Translations under genes and position numbers: made by a program
Part shown: positions 8,424 to 16,669 of the stretch, piece after piece
How the letters are laid out: the number at the start of each line of letters is the position of its first letter
Numbering within the stretch: position 1 is the stretch's first letter
Origin: Candidatus Omnitrophota bacterium
GTDB taxonomy: Bacteria > Omnitrophota > Gorgyraeia > B26-G9
Assembly (NCBI GenBank): GCA_043826565.1
Contig: JBDRPX010000003.1
Coordinates: forward strand, 81,293 to 145,292
Length of the DNA stretch: 64,000 nucleotides
Reading direction: 5' to 3'
The notes under the pieces: generated by a model
Told to the model about the DNA's origin: nothing
The model's database searches: none
The model's input: only the letters and a program-made list of their open reading frames with translations

Positions 8424-10068
8424 AATAATAATTATTAGCAGTCCTCCCTGGGGAATTGTAATGCCGCCGTTAGGTATGGCTTATCTTGCCACTTATCTTA
8501 AATCTAAAGGGATTGTTCCGGAAATATATGATTTAAATTTGCAGTTGTATGAACAAGCGGATCAACAGCAAGAGCATTTTTGGGATTTGGATACGATCAA
8601 TAAATTTTTGCCTGTGGATATTGCTCATAATTTGTTTGCTGCTTTTGAAGATACTTTAGGGGATGTTGTAAAAAAGCTTGTTAATTATGATATTGTTGGT
8701 TTTTCCGCGAATAATCTTATTAGTACAACTTTTGCCGGTATTATGGGTACTCAAATAAAAAATATTTCGCCGAAGACTAAAATCATTTTAGGCGGTCCGG
8801 GATGTTTTCATAGTTGGGATCGGAAAGCTGTACCAAAAGATGCGGTTGATTTCTTTATTATCGGGGAAGGGGAAGAGGCCTTATATCGGCTGATTATGGC
8901 CATAGATGAAGGTGACGAACAGCGAGAAATTCCCGGGGTGATTTGTTGCGCGGCCGGAGATAGAAAAAGATTTTATCCGCCGGAGCCGGTAAAAAATCTG
9001 GATGTCATTCCGTTTCCGACATTCGAAGAATTTGATGTAAGTAAGTACAGTTATGGAAAAAAATACCGGCCGCTGCCGATGCTTACCAGCCGGGGCTGTA
9101 TTAATCAATGCGCGTATTGTATAGACTGTTATATGTCCGCACCTTTTCGGGCCCGGAGCCCGGAACAGGTAGTTTCTCAAATAAGCTATTATAAAAAACA
9201 TTACGGGATAACTCATGTTGAGTTTAATGATTTATTATGTAATGGTAATTTAATCCGGCTGGAAAAACTTTGTGATCAATTGATCGAGGCGGAACTTAAT
9301 ATAAATTGGATTAGTTATGCGGCAATAAGAAGAAAAATGAATTCTCAGTTGCTTGAGAAAATGAGAAAAGCCGGATGTACATCTTTATGTTTTGGGGTTG
9401 AAAGCGGTTCGGATAGTGTATTAGCGCGAATGAATAAGCATTATATAAGAGCCGAGGCTAGTGCCTTGCTTAAAAAAACCCATGAGGCAGGAATTACCGC
9501 ACGCCTTAATTTAATTGTCGGTTTCCCCGGGGAAACCGAAGAGAATTTTCAGCAGACACTTGATTTTATTAAGGATAATATGGCATCTATCAGTCAGGTA
9601 ACAAATGTCTCGTCTTTTGTGCTTATGCCCGGATCGGATATCGGGATTTATCCTTACCGGTTTGGGGTGAAGTTTTTAGATCCGCTTGATCCCGGAATTT
9701 GGACAGATGAATTCGGGCTTACTCAGCAGGAGCGCAATAACCGGGTGGCTCGGGCCTGCCGGTTACTGGAAGAATTAAATATTCCTAACCTGATTATCAA
9801 TTATCAAAGCAAGACTCAAGACGCAAGACTCAAGACGCAAGACTCAAGACTCAAGACGCAAGACTCAAGACCCAAGACTCAAGACGCAAGACCCAAGACG
9901 CAAGACGCAAAACTCAAGACTCAAGTTGTTGTCAGAACATTTAATCGTGATAGATTAGTAAGTAAGATAATAAAGCTTATTTTTCTGTTTGTTTTTAGCT
10001 TAATTATTGATATTTATCTATTTTTATTAAAAAAAATCAGAGGTTCGATCATATTTCCGGGAAACTGA
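8416..10068 (+). CDS. B12-binding-domain radical SAM protein with C-terminal heptad low-complexity tail and TM helix
   Basis: N-terminal 'IIISSPPWGIVMPPLGMAYLATYLKSKG' (B12 domain). 'LTSRGCINQCAYCIDC' CxxxCxxC. C-terminal 'KTQDARLKTQDSRLKTQDSRPKTQDARPKTQDAKLKTQ' then hydrophobic 'IIKLIFLFVFSLIIDIYLFLL'. Confidence 0.8.
   Translation: MSKIIIISSPPWGIVMPPLGMAYLATYLKSKGIVPEIYDLNLQLYEQADQQQEHFWDLDTINKFLPVDIAHNLFAAFEDTLGDVVKKLVNYDIVGFSANNLISTTFAGIMGTQIKNISPKTKIILGGPGCFHSWDRKAVPKDAVDFFIIGEGEEALYRLIMAIDEGDEQREIPGVICCAAGDRKRFYPPEPVKNLDVIPFPTFEEFDVSKYSYGKKYRPLPMLTSRGCINQCAYCIDCYMSAPFRARSPEQVVSQISYYKKHYGITHVEFNDLLCNGNLIRLEKLCDQLIEAELNINWISYAAIRRKMNSQLLEKMRKAGCTSLCFGVESGSDSVLARMNKHYIRAEASALLKKTHEAGITARLNLIVGFPGETEENFQQTLDFIKDNMASISQVTNVSSFVLMPGSDIGIYPYRFGVKFLDPLDPGIWTDEFGLTQQERNNRVARACRLLEELNIPNLIINYQSKTQDARLKTQDSRLKTQDSRPKTQDARPKTQDAKLKTQVVVRTFNRDRLVSKIIKLIFLFVFSLIIDIYLFLLKKIRGSIIFPGN
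9810..9925 (+). repeat. Tandem 7-bp repeat (caagacN) x ~16 inside the coding sequence
   Basis: Read directly: caagact caagacg caagact caagacg caagact caagact caagacg ... Unit length 7 is not a multiple of 3, giving a 7-aa protein periodicity. Confidence 0.9.
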
Positions 10069-10166
10069 ACAACAGAAGACAGAGGTCAGAATATGAAGAA
10101 TGAAATTTTTTATTATCTGTCATCTGTCATCTGTTTTCTGTCTTCAAACTTCTGTGGGGTACAGCA
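10069..10166 (+). repeat. Intergenic element: inverted repeat gaagacag...ctgtcttc flanking a 7-bp tandem repeat (tctgtNN x4); potential long RNA hairpin
   Basis: 'cagaagacagaggtcag...tctgtcatctgtcatctgttttctgtcttc'; gaagacag is the exact reverse complement of ctgtcttc. Confidence 0.6.
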
Positions 10167-10170
10167 ATGA
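10093..10170 (+). CDS. Candidate small ORF, 25 aa: MKNEIFYYLSSVICFLSSNFCGVQQ
   Basis: ATG preceded by GAGGT 6 nt upstream. Stop TGA overlaps the ATG of the next gene (ATGA coupling). 3 Cys, hydrophobic. Lies within the heptamer/hairpin element, so it may be non-coding. Confidence 0.3.
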   Translation: MKNEIFYYLSSVICFLSSNFCGVQQ

Positions 10171-11321
10171 ATATTCTAATGGTTCATCCGCATGATGTAT
10201 TCTCCCAAGAAGAGCCGTGGACGGTTCGGATCAAGAATATTGCCGCGGAATTTAAAAAAAAACATCATCAGGTAAAAATTGTTTACTTCCCTCTGAGATT
10301 TCCAGCACATCAACAGGAGTTTTCGGTAGAAGGAGTTGAGTATATTCCCTTGAGCCGCCGTTTAGGCATACGTTTGTATATTCGTAATATTAAGAAAATG
10401 ATCGAACTCTGCGGCTGGGCTGATATTGTGCACTTTCAGAAGTGTTTTTATTATGCGGCATTGCCGGCATTAATCGGTGCGTTTATAAAACATAAGCCGG
10501 TGCATTATGATTGGGATGATTGGGAAATTAAAATTTTCCATTACAGTTGCTCTCAGCCATGGCTTGTCGGTACATTTCTGGCGGCTTTGGAAAGGTTTAT
10601 GCCGGCAATTTGCGATAGCGTTTCTGTTTCCAGTTATCGTTTGCGGGAAGAATGTATCCGTTATGGAGTGGCTCCGGAGAGAATAGCCATGGCTCCGGTA
10701 GGAGCTGATTTAAAATTATTTCATCCGGAAGTTTCCGGGGTGCGCGTACGTGAACGGTTTAATATTGAAGGGCCATTGGTGATTTATCTCGGACAGCTTC
10801 ATGGAGGCCAGTATGTTGAGCAATTTATTAAAGCTTCCAAGATAGTTCTAAATAAATCATGGCCGGTTAAATTCATGATCGTCGGAGACGGATATAGACT
10901 AAAGGAGTTAAAGGATATGGCTGACAAACTGGACTTAACTGATAAATTAATATTTACCGGTCCGGTTCCGCATCGGGAGGCTCCGTTATATTTGGCTGCT
11001 GCGGATATCGCGGTAGCCTGTTTTGAGGATAATGATATTACCCGGTGTAAAAGTCCTCTGAAAATCGCCGAATATTTGGCCAGTGGAAAACCTATTGTGG
11101 CCAGTAATGTAGGAGAAGTTAAACGAATGCTTGGTGGCGCCGGGGTTGTAACTTTACCTGGCGATGTGCAAAATCTTGCCGAGGGAATTACAAAGCTTCT
11201 CGATGATGAGCTGTTACGGAAACGTTTGAGAGTAAAAGCCAGAGCAAGGGCGGAAGAAATTTATAATTGGGCGATTACTTCAGAAAATTTGCTTAATATT
11301 TATAGTAAGCATTTTATTTAA
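10167..11321 (+). CDS. GT4-family glycosyltransferase
   Basis: C-terminal 'KIAEYLASGKPIVASNVGEV' (GT4 E-x7-E region), 384 aa GT-B-like length. Confidence 0.65.
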   Translation: MNILMVHPHDVFSQEEPWTVRIKNIAAEFKKKHHQVKIVYFPLRFPAHQQEFSVEGVEYIPLSRRLGIRLYIRNIKKMIELCGWADIVHFQKCFYYAALPALIGAFIKHKPVHYDWDDWEIKIFHYSCSQPWLVGTFLAALERFMPAICDSVSVSSYRLREECIRYGVAPERIAMAPVGADLKLFHPEVSGVRVRERFNIEGPLVIYLGQLHGGQYVEQFIKASKIVLNKSWPVKFMIVGDGYRLKELKDMADKLDLTDKLIFTGPVPHREAPLYLAAADIAVACFEDNDITRCKSPLKIAEYLASGKPIVASNVGEVKRMLGGAGVVTLPGDVQNLAEGITKLLDDELLRKRLRVKARARAEEIYNWAITSENLLNIYSKHFI

Positions 11322-11346
11322 AAGATAAAGTATAAAATTAGCGATT

Positions 11347-12138
11347 ATGGAAAAAATTAAATTTGAGAATAAAAAATTTTTAAAAGTGATGTTTTTTTTA
11401 GGCAGTATTGCTTTATTTGTAATTTTTTGTTATTTCAAAGCAGAAGGGAGAAGCTCCTTTTTGTGTTCCTCAGCAATGGCGCATATGCAGGTGGATGGAT
11501 TGGATGCCAGCACTATTCTTAAAAAAGGAATAAATGATTTTTTTTCTGATGGGATTGCCTATAATCCAGATGTCGATAGACGAATAGAAGAAGATTATTT
11601 TGCTCAGAATAGGATTTATAACGGCGACTTTTCTGACGAATTAGCACACTGGAGCACCATAAATTCTAGTAATAGTTATCCAAAAAATAGAAATCTTTTT
11701 ATTGTTTCTCAGGAAGAATGTGTATCCGAGCCATATAGTATTAAAATATGTGCAAATGAACATCCCTGCTCATTGTTTTATGTTAAAAATGCCCGGGTTA
11801 ATATTATAAGTCCCCCGGGGAATTACAGAGCGGTACCGGAAGCCTGGCTAGGCGTAATTCCAGGAGAAATGATTGATTTTAGTTGTTACTATAAAGGGAT
11901 CGGGCCGACAATTTATATTAATATAACAACGCGAGCTGGATTTATGAGGAATTTAAAAAAAATTATAATTAAAGAAATTGCTAAGGATTGGCAGGAGTGC
12001 CGAATTAGTGTTCAAATCCCTAAAGACGGCAGGGCTATTTCATTTGAAATCCAAGTTGGTTCTATTTTGCCAAATTCTGTAATGTATTTAGATGATATTT
12101 TAATTTCGAGCCGGAGGCTTATTGATGATAAAAGATAA
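11347..12138 (+). CDS. Membrane-anchored protein with CBM4/9-like (carbohydrate-binding, beta-sandwich) domain; paralog of 15913..16668
   Basis: N-terminal TM 'FLGSIALFVIFCYF'. 'YNGDFSDELAHW' resembles the CBM_4_9 'NG(D/G)FE...W' start. 'SEPYSIKICA' and 'AWLGVIPGEMI' are conserved with the paralog ('SAPYSLKIES', 'NWLGVLPGAKI'). Confidence 0.45.
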   Translation: MEKIKFENKKFLKVMFFLGSIALFVIFCYFKAEGRSSFLCSSAMAHMQVDGLDASTILKKGINDFFSDGIAYNPDVDRRIEEDYFAQNRIYNGDFSDELAHWSTINSSNSYPKNRNLFIVSQEECVSEPYSIKICANEHPCSLFYVKNARVNIISPPGNYRAVPEAWLGVIPGEMIDFSCYYKGIGPTIYINITTRAGFMRNLKKIIIKEIAKDWQECRISVQIPKDGRAISFEIQVGSILPNSVMYLDDILISSRRLIDDKR

Positions 12139-13225
12139 ACGAATGTATGGGATTTGTTTGTTTTTACTAATTATTTTTCACTTGATAAATATTTCCTTGT
12201 GGTATAACAAAAAAATATGGCCTGCCGGCAAGGATTACTCTTATCACTTACAGAGAACATGTACATTTATGAAGGAAGTTGAAAGGCATAAAGACTGGAG
12301 ACAATTTGTTTTTATTGATAAAACGGATTATCCGCCATTTTATTATTGGACCGGGGCTGTTTTGGGGCTATCTTTTAGAACATATAATGTTTTGTTTTTT
12401 AATTCAGCATTCTATTTAGTTGTGCTTTTGGTTTCGGTTTATGGGATAGGAAGGGAGTTGATGAATATCGAGACAGGATGCTTTTCTGCGATAATTTGCT
12501 CTTTTTCCCCGTTTATTTATAATTCTTCTATACAATTTAATTTAGAACTTGCAACGGCGGCATTAGTCAGCCTGATCGTGTGCATGATTGTGTTAAGCCG
12601 AGGATTTAGTCGTGGTTTTTATACTTTTCTGATGGGAGTAGCCTTAGTGATGGGAGGATATACGCGGCAGATGGTTTTTATTTTTGTTGCGGGGCCTGTT
12701 TTGATGGGCATAATTAAGCTTTGTTGTAATAAAAATCTGGATATGTATTTAAAATTAAAGAGATTAGCTTGTCTGGGCATAGTGCTGGGGATATCTTTTG
12801 GCTGTTTGCTGCCGTATTATCATGTTGTTCGATGGACACATCCGATGATTCAAAAAATAAATTTGACTGGATGGGCTCAGGGGGGTAATGTATTTTCTTT
12901 TGAGCATTTGATTTATTACATCAGGGTCATTCCACAGCAAATAGGGTGGGTGTATACTATTGTTTTTGGGCTAAGCCTAGTGGTTTTTCTAAAGGCAGAT
13001 GTAAGTAAAAGACAAATTATTTTTTCATGGAGTATCCCATCGTTATTGATTTTTTCGCTTTTTTTGTTAAAATTCCCCGAATTAACAATAGCAAATATTC
13101 CAGCAATGGCTTTAATTATAGCTTATGCGGTGTGTCTGATAAAACCTTTGTTTTTAAAAAATGGAGTAGCAGTTTTAATTTTAATATTAAGTATGTGTAA
13201 TTATTTTAGGAGTTTCCCATGGTAA
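12122..13225 (+). CDS. Polytopic membrane protein, GT-C-like glycosyltransferase (short form)
   Basis: 367 aa, many hydrophobic segments. 'DYPPFYYW' loop motif is shared with 16670..18355 ('DYPPFFYF'). Overlaps and is coupled to the upstream CBM-like gene. Confidence 0.45.
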   Translation: MMIKDKRMYGICLFLLIIFHLINISLWYNKKIWPAGKDYSYHLQRTCTFMKEVERHKDWRQFVFIDKTDYPPFYYWTGAVLGLSFRTYNVLFFNSAFYLVVLLVSVYGIGRELMNIETGCFSAIICSFSPFIYNSSIQFNLELATAALVSLIVCMIVLSRGFSRGFYTFLMGVALVMGGYTRQMVFIFVAGPVLMGIIKLCCNKNLDMYLKLKRLACLGIVLGISFGCLLPYYHVVRWTHPMIQKINLTGWAQGGNVFSFEHLIYYIRVIPQQIGWVYTIVFGLSLVVFLKADVSKRQIIFSWSIPSLLIFSLFLLKFPELTIANIPAMALIIAYAVCLIKPLFLKNGVAVLILILSMCNYFRSFPW

Positions 13226-14166
13226 AAAAAATATCAATAATAGTACCTGTTTTTAATGAGAGGGATAACTTGGCGGAGTTGAATAAAAAACTAGTCAGTG
13301 TTTTATCGAGATTGGATATGGAGAATGAAATAATTTATGTGGATGATGGTAGTAATGACGGTAGTGCGGATATCTTGAATGAGATACCTGATAAGTATAA
13401 TAATGTTAGAGTTATAACTTTAGCGAAAAATTTCGGGCAGACCCAGGCGATTTCTGCAGGGGTGGACAATTCAGACGGCGATGTTATCATTACTATTGAT
13501 GCTGATCTTCAAAATGATCCGGAAGATATCCCGGCTTTATTAGCTAAACTTAAAGAGGGCTATGATATGGTCAGCGGCTGGAGAGTGAATCGTCAAGATA
13601 ATTTATTGTTTAAAAAGATACCCTCGGCTATTGCTAATCGCATAAGTTCTTTATTGACGAATGTTAATGTCCATGATTTGGGATGTACATTAAAAGTTTA
13701 TAAACGCACAGTATTAGAAGATATTGATTATTATGGTGAAATCCATAGATTTTTGCCGGTTTTTGCGGCTATGCACGGAGCGACGATTGCGGAAATTCCC
13801 GTAAAACATCATAAGAGAAAAAATGGGAAGTCAAAGTACGGGTTATCAAGAATTTATAAAGTAATTCTTGATATGTTTACGATCATGTTTATGTGGAAAT
13901 TTTTAACCAGGCCGGTATATCTTTTCGGAGGCCTGGGAATGATTTCTTTGGGGTTTGCTTCTTTTACGGCTTTGTTTGTTGTAATTAGAAAAATGTTTTT
14001 CGGCGGGGTTTGGGTAAGTCCGCTTTTATTTCTTTTTGTTGTATTTTCTACAATGGGAATTCAGTTTATTCTTATGGGGGTTCTCGGAGAACTTATTATC
14101 CGGCTCTATTATGGTGCGCGTGACCAAAAACGATATAAGATTAAAAGAGTAGAGAGTAGCAAGTAG
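13219..14166 (+). CDS. GT2 polyprenyl-phosphate sugar synthase (ArnC/GtrB/DPM1-like) with C-terminal TM helices
   Basis: 'ISIIVPVFNERDNL'. 'YVDDGSNDGS'. 'TIDADLQNDPEDIP'. 'VSGWR'. Two C-terminal hydrophobic helices. Confidence 0.8.
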   Translation: MVKKISIIVPVFNERDNLAELNKKLVSVLSRLDMENEIIYVDDGSNDGSADILNEIPDKYNNVRVITLAKNFGQTQAISAGVDNSDGDVIITIDADLQNDPEDIPALLAKLKEGYDMVSGWRVNRQDNLLFKKIPSAIANRISSLLTNVNVHDLGCTLKVYKRTVLEDIDYYGEIHRFLPVFAAMHGATIAEIPVKHHKRKNGKSKYGLSRIYKVILDMFTIMFMWKFLTRPVYLFGGLGMISLGFASFTALFVVIRKMFFGGVWVSPLLFLFVVFSTMGIQFILMGVLGELIIRLYYGARDQKRYKIKRVESSK

Positions 14167-14193
14167 AGAGAAGAAAAAATAAAAGATGTTTTA

Positions 14194-14227
14194 ACTTGGG
14201 ACTTGAGACTTGTGGCTTGAGACTGGA
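14194..14227 (+). repeat. Intergenic 7-bp tandem repeat (acttgNg x ~4.5)
   Basis: 'acttggg acttgag acttgtg gcttgag actgg' between the stop at 14166 and the start at 14233. Confidence 0.7.
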
Positions 14228-14232
14228 ATTAA

Positions 14233-15909
14233 ATGAATATATTGGGAATTTGTGATAGTCAGGATGCCGGAGCTGTGTTTATCTGTGACGGCGGTAAAGA
14301 TATTACTGCGGTTAATGAGGAACGTTTGTCGCGGATAAAATTATGCGGAGGATTTCCGGAAAAATCAATCAAGGAGATTTTGCGGATTAAAAAAATTGAT
14401 CCGCAGAAGATTGATCAGGTGGTTTTAGCTTCTAAGATGACGCCATCATTTTTATTAAGAAGTTTTCGTAATGTGCACGCTCGGTTGCGGGGAAATAATA
14501 AGCAATTCAGTTTTTTACTTTCCCTTTACATTCTCTACCAGATGATTGCCCGCAAAACTATAATTTTAGCTAAAATTGAGGAATATTTGTCACGGATTTA
14601 TTTAAAAGCGCGCTTAAAAAAACTGGGAATAAAAAGTAAAGTCAGTGTAATCGATCACCATACCGCGCATGCCTATGCAGCATATAGTACATCAGGATAT
14701 GAACAGGCACTGATTATTACTATCGATGGATTGGGAGATGGCCTTTCTTTTACTGTTAGTATCGGCAAACAAGGCCGGGTTACCAGGATTTTTGAGCAGA
14801 ACGCATTAAATGACATAACCTTGTACTATTCCAGATTAACGGACTTTCTGGGGTTTAAACCTATTCAGGATGAAGGAAAAGTAATGGGATTGGCCGGATA
14901 TTCGAGTAATTATTTCTATCTTCTTCAAGCTCAAAAACTCCTTAAAGTAAAGTCCGGACGATTTCGTTCGAAAAACATATTTTCTCAAGATAAAAAAATA
15001 TATAAGCAGTTAAAAGGTAAAAGCCCTCAGGATATCGCGGCTTCATTTCAAGTTCATGTTGAGCAAGTGCTGAGTGAAATTGTTGATTATTGGGTGGATA
15101 AAACAAAAATAAGCGATGTTGCCTTAGGCGGCGGATTTTTTGCTAATATTAAAGTCAACCAAAAGATCGCGGAATTAAAAAATGTGAACAGTGTTTACGT
15201 CTATCCTCATATGGGAGATGGAGGAATAGCTTTAGGAGCAATATTCGCGGTTATGCAAGTGAAGCCGTTTCGTTTAAAAAATGTTTTCTGGGGACCGTCA
15301 TATTCTCAGCAGGACATAGAGGATGTTCTTAAAAAAAATGGTGTTCGGTATGAAAGGGTAAACAATATAGAAAATCGCATAGCTGAGCTTATCAGCCAAG
15401 GAAAGATCGTGGCGCGTTTTTGCGGAGCAATGGAATATGGACCTCGCGCATTAGGAAATCGTTCTGTTTTAGCTCCGGCTACAGATAAGGATGTGGTGAT
15501 GAAGCTTAATCAAAAACTTGGGCGGGATATGTTTATGCCTTTTGCTCCGGTTGTTTTAGCAGATAAGATTCACGAGTGTTGTCTGAATGTAGAAAAAGCT
15601 ATTTATTCTGCCAATTTTATGAATGTGAGTTTTTCTTGCACGGAATACTTTAAAAAATTATGTCCGGCCGTGGTTCACACTGACGGAACAACTCGTCCCC
15701 AATGTGTTTTTGAGGAAAATAATTTTAAGTTGTTTAAAATTTTAAATAAATATCAGAAGATAACCAAGATTCCGGCAATGATTAATACCAGCTTTAATAC
15801 TCATGAGGAGCCAATTGTGTGTTCTCCGGAAGATGCTTTGAGATCATTTAAGATGGCGAAGCTTGAATATTTAGCGATGGAGAACTTTTTAATAAAAGGA
15901 GACTATTAA
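14233..15909 (+). CDS. Carbamoyltransferase (NodU/CmcH family)
   Basis: N-terminal 'MNILGICDSQDAGAVFICDGGKDITAVNEERLSRIK' matches the family's 'ILG...HD..A.L..DG.I.AA.EER..R.K' start. 558 aa. 'HH.AHA' motif 'DHHTAHAYAAY'. Confidence 0.7.
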   Translation: MNILGICDSQDAGAVFICDGGKDITAVNEERLSRIKLCGGFPEKSIKEILRIKKIDPQKIDQVVLASKMTPSFLLRSFRNVHARLRGNNKQFSFLLSLYILYQMIARKTIILAKIEEYLSRIYLKARLKKLGIKSKVSVIDHHTAHAYAAYSTSGYEQALIITIDGLGDGLSFTVSIGKQGRVTRIFEQNALNDITLYYSRLTDFLGFKPIQDEGKVMGLAGYSSNYFYLLQAQKLLKVKSGRFRSKNIFSQDKKIYKQLKGKSPQDIAASFQVHVEQVLSEIVDYWVDKTKISDVALGGGFFANIKVNQKIAELKNVNSVYVYPHMGDGGIALGAIFAVMQVKPFRLKNVFWGPSYSQQDIEDVLKKNGVRYERVNNIENRIAELISQGKIVARFCGAMEYGPRALGNRSVLAPATDKDVVMKLNQKLGRDMFMPFAPVVLADKIHECCLNVEKAIYSANFMNVSFSCTEYFKKLCPAVVHTDGTTRPQCVFEENNFKLFKILNKYQKITKIPAMINTSFNTHEEPIVCSPEDALRSFKMAKLEYLAMENFLIKGDY

Positions 15910-15912
15910 TAT

Positions 15913-16668
15913 ATGAATAAAAAATTACTTCAATGGTTTTTTACGGAAGAGAAGATAAAGGAACAGACAATTAATGCAAATGATGAATGCGTAGAATTAC
16001 ATCCCGTCCAGGTTATTTCTTTAATTATTGTTACTATAGTTTTTGTTTTTGGGGTTCTTTTATCGGAAAACAGATGGCCCATGAAAGTGGAAACATTGCC
16101 CTCGACTCCGCAGGAAAAGATTGAAACGAAAATAGAGAAAAATTATTTTGTGAATAGGGAGGACATTATAAACGGTGATTTTTCAAAAAAAATGGCATAT
16201 TGGGCAACCGCAGACGGCGGAACTATTTTTAGTGATTCAAAAAGCAGGATGGTTACTTGTGATAAGGATTATGTGTCTGCTCCGTATAGTTTAAAAATTG
16301 AATCCATTGTTCCGGCTAATCGGGTCTATTACATTAAAAAACCTCAGGAGAAAAAAATACAAAACCCTTATGGGTTTGAGGAATGTTCTAATTGGCTGGG
16401 GGTTTTACCTGGGGCAAAAATTAATGCTAGTCTTTGGTATAAGGGGAGCGTGATAACAGTTTATCTGCAATATATTAATAAGAATGGTAAATGGAAAACC
16501 CTGGATAAAATTGTCGGTCCGGTAACTGATGAATGGAAAAAACTTGAACTGGAAAAAATTGCGCCTGCAGATTGCCGGGCTATCTGCATAGAAATAACGT
16601 TAAATCAGGCCCAAGGAATGCCGTTACCGGCTGTCCTAATTGATGATGTTAGTTTAAAAGTTAAATAA
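15913..16668 (+). CDS. Membrane-anchored CBM4/9-like domain protein; paralog of 11347..12138
   Basis: TM 'VISLIIVTIVFVFGVLL'. 'INGDFSKKMAYW'. Confidence 0.45.
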   Translation: MNKKLLQWFFTEEKIKEQTINANDECVELHPVQVISLIIVTIVFVFGVLLSENRWPMKVETLPSTPQEKIETKIEKNYFVNREDIINGDFSKKMAYWATADGGTIFSDSKSRMVTCDKDYVSAPYSLKIESIVPANRVYYIKKPQEKKIQNPYGFEECSNWLGVLPGAKINASLWYKGSVITVYLQYINKNGKWKTLDKIVGPVTDEWKKLELEKIAPADCRAICIEITLNQAQGMPLPAVLIDDVSLKVK

Positions 16669-16669
16669 T

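Noticed and set aside
9810-14227. Could the short tandem repeats be a CRISPR array?
   Set aside because: Units are 7 bp with no spacers, one array is in-frame inside a CDS, and no cas genes are present. They are microsatellite-like, not CRISPR.
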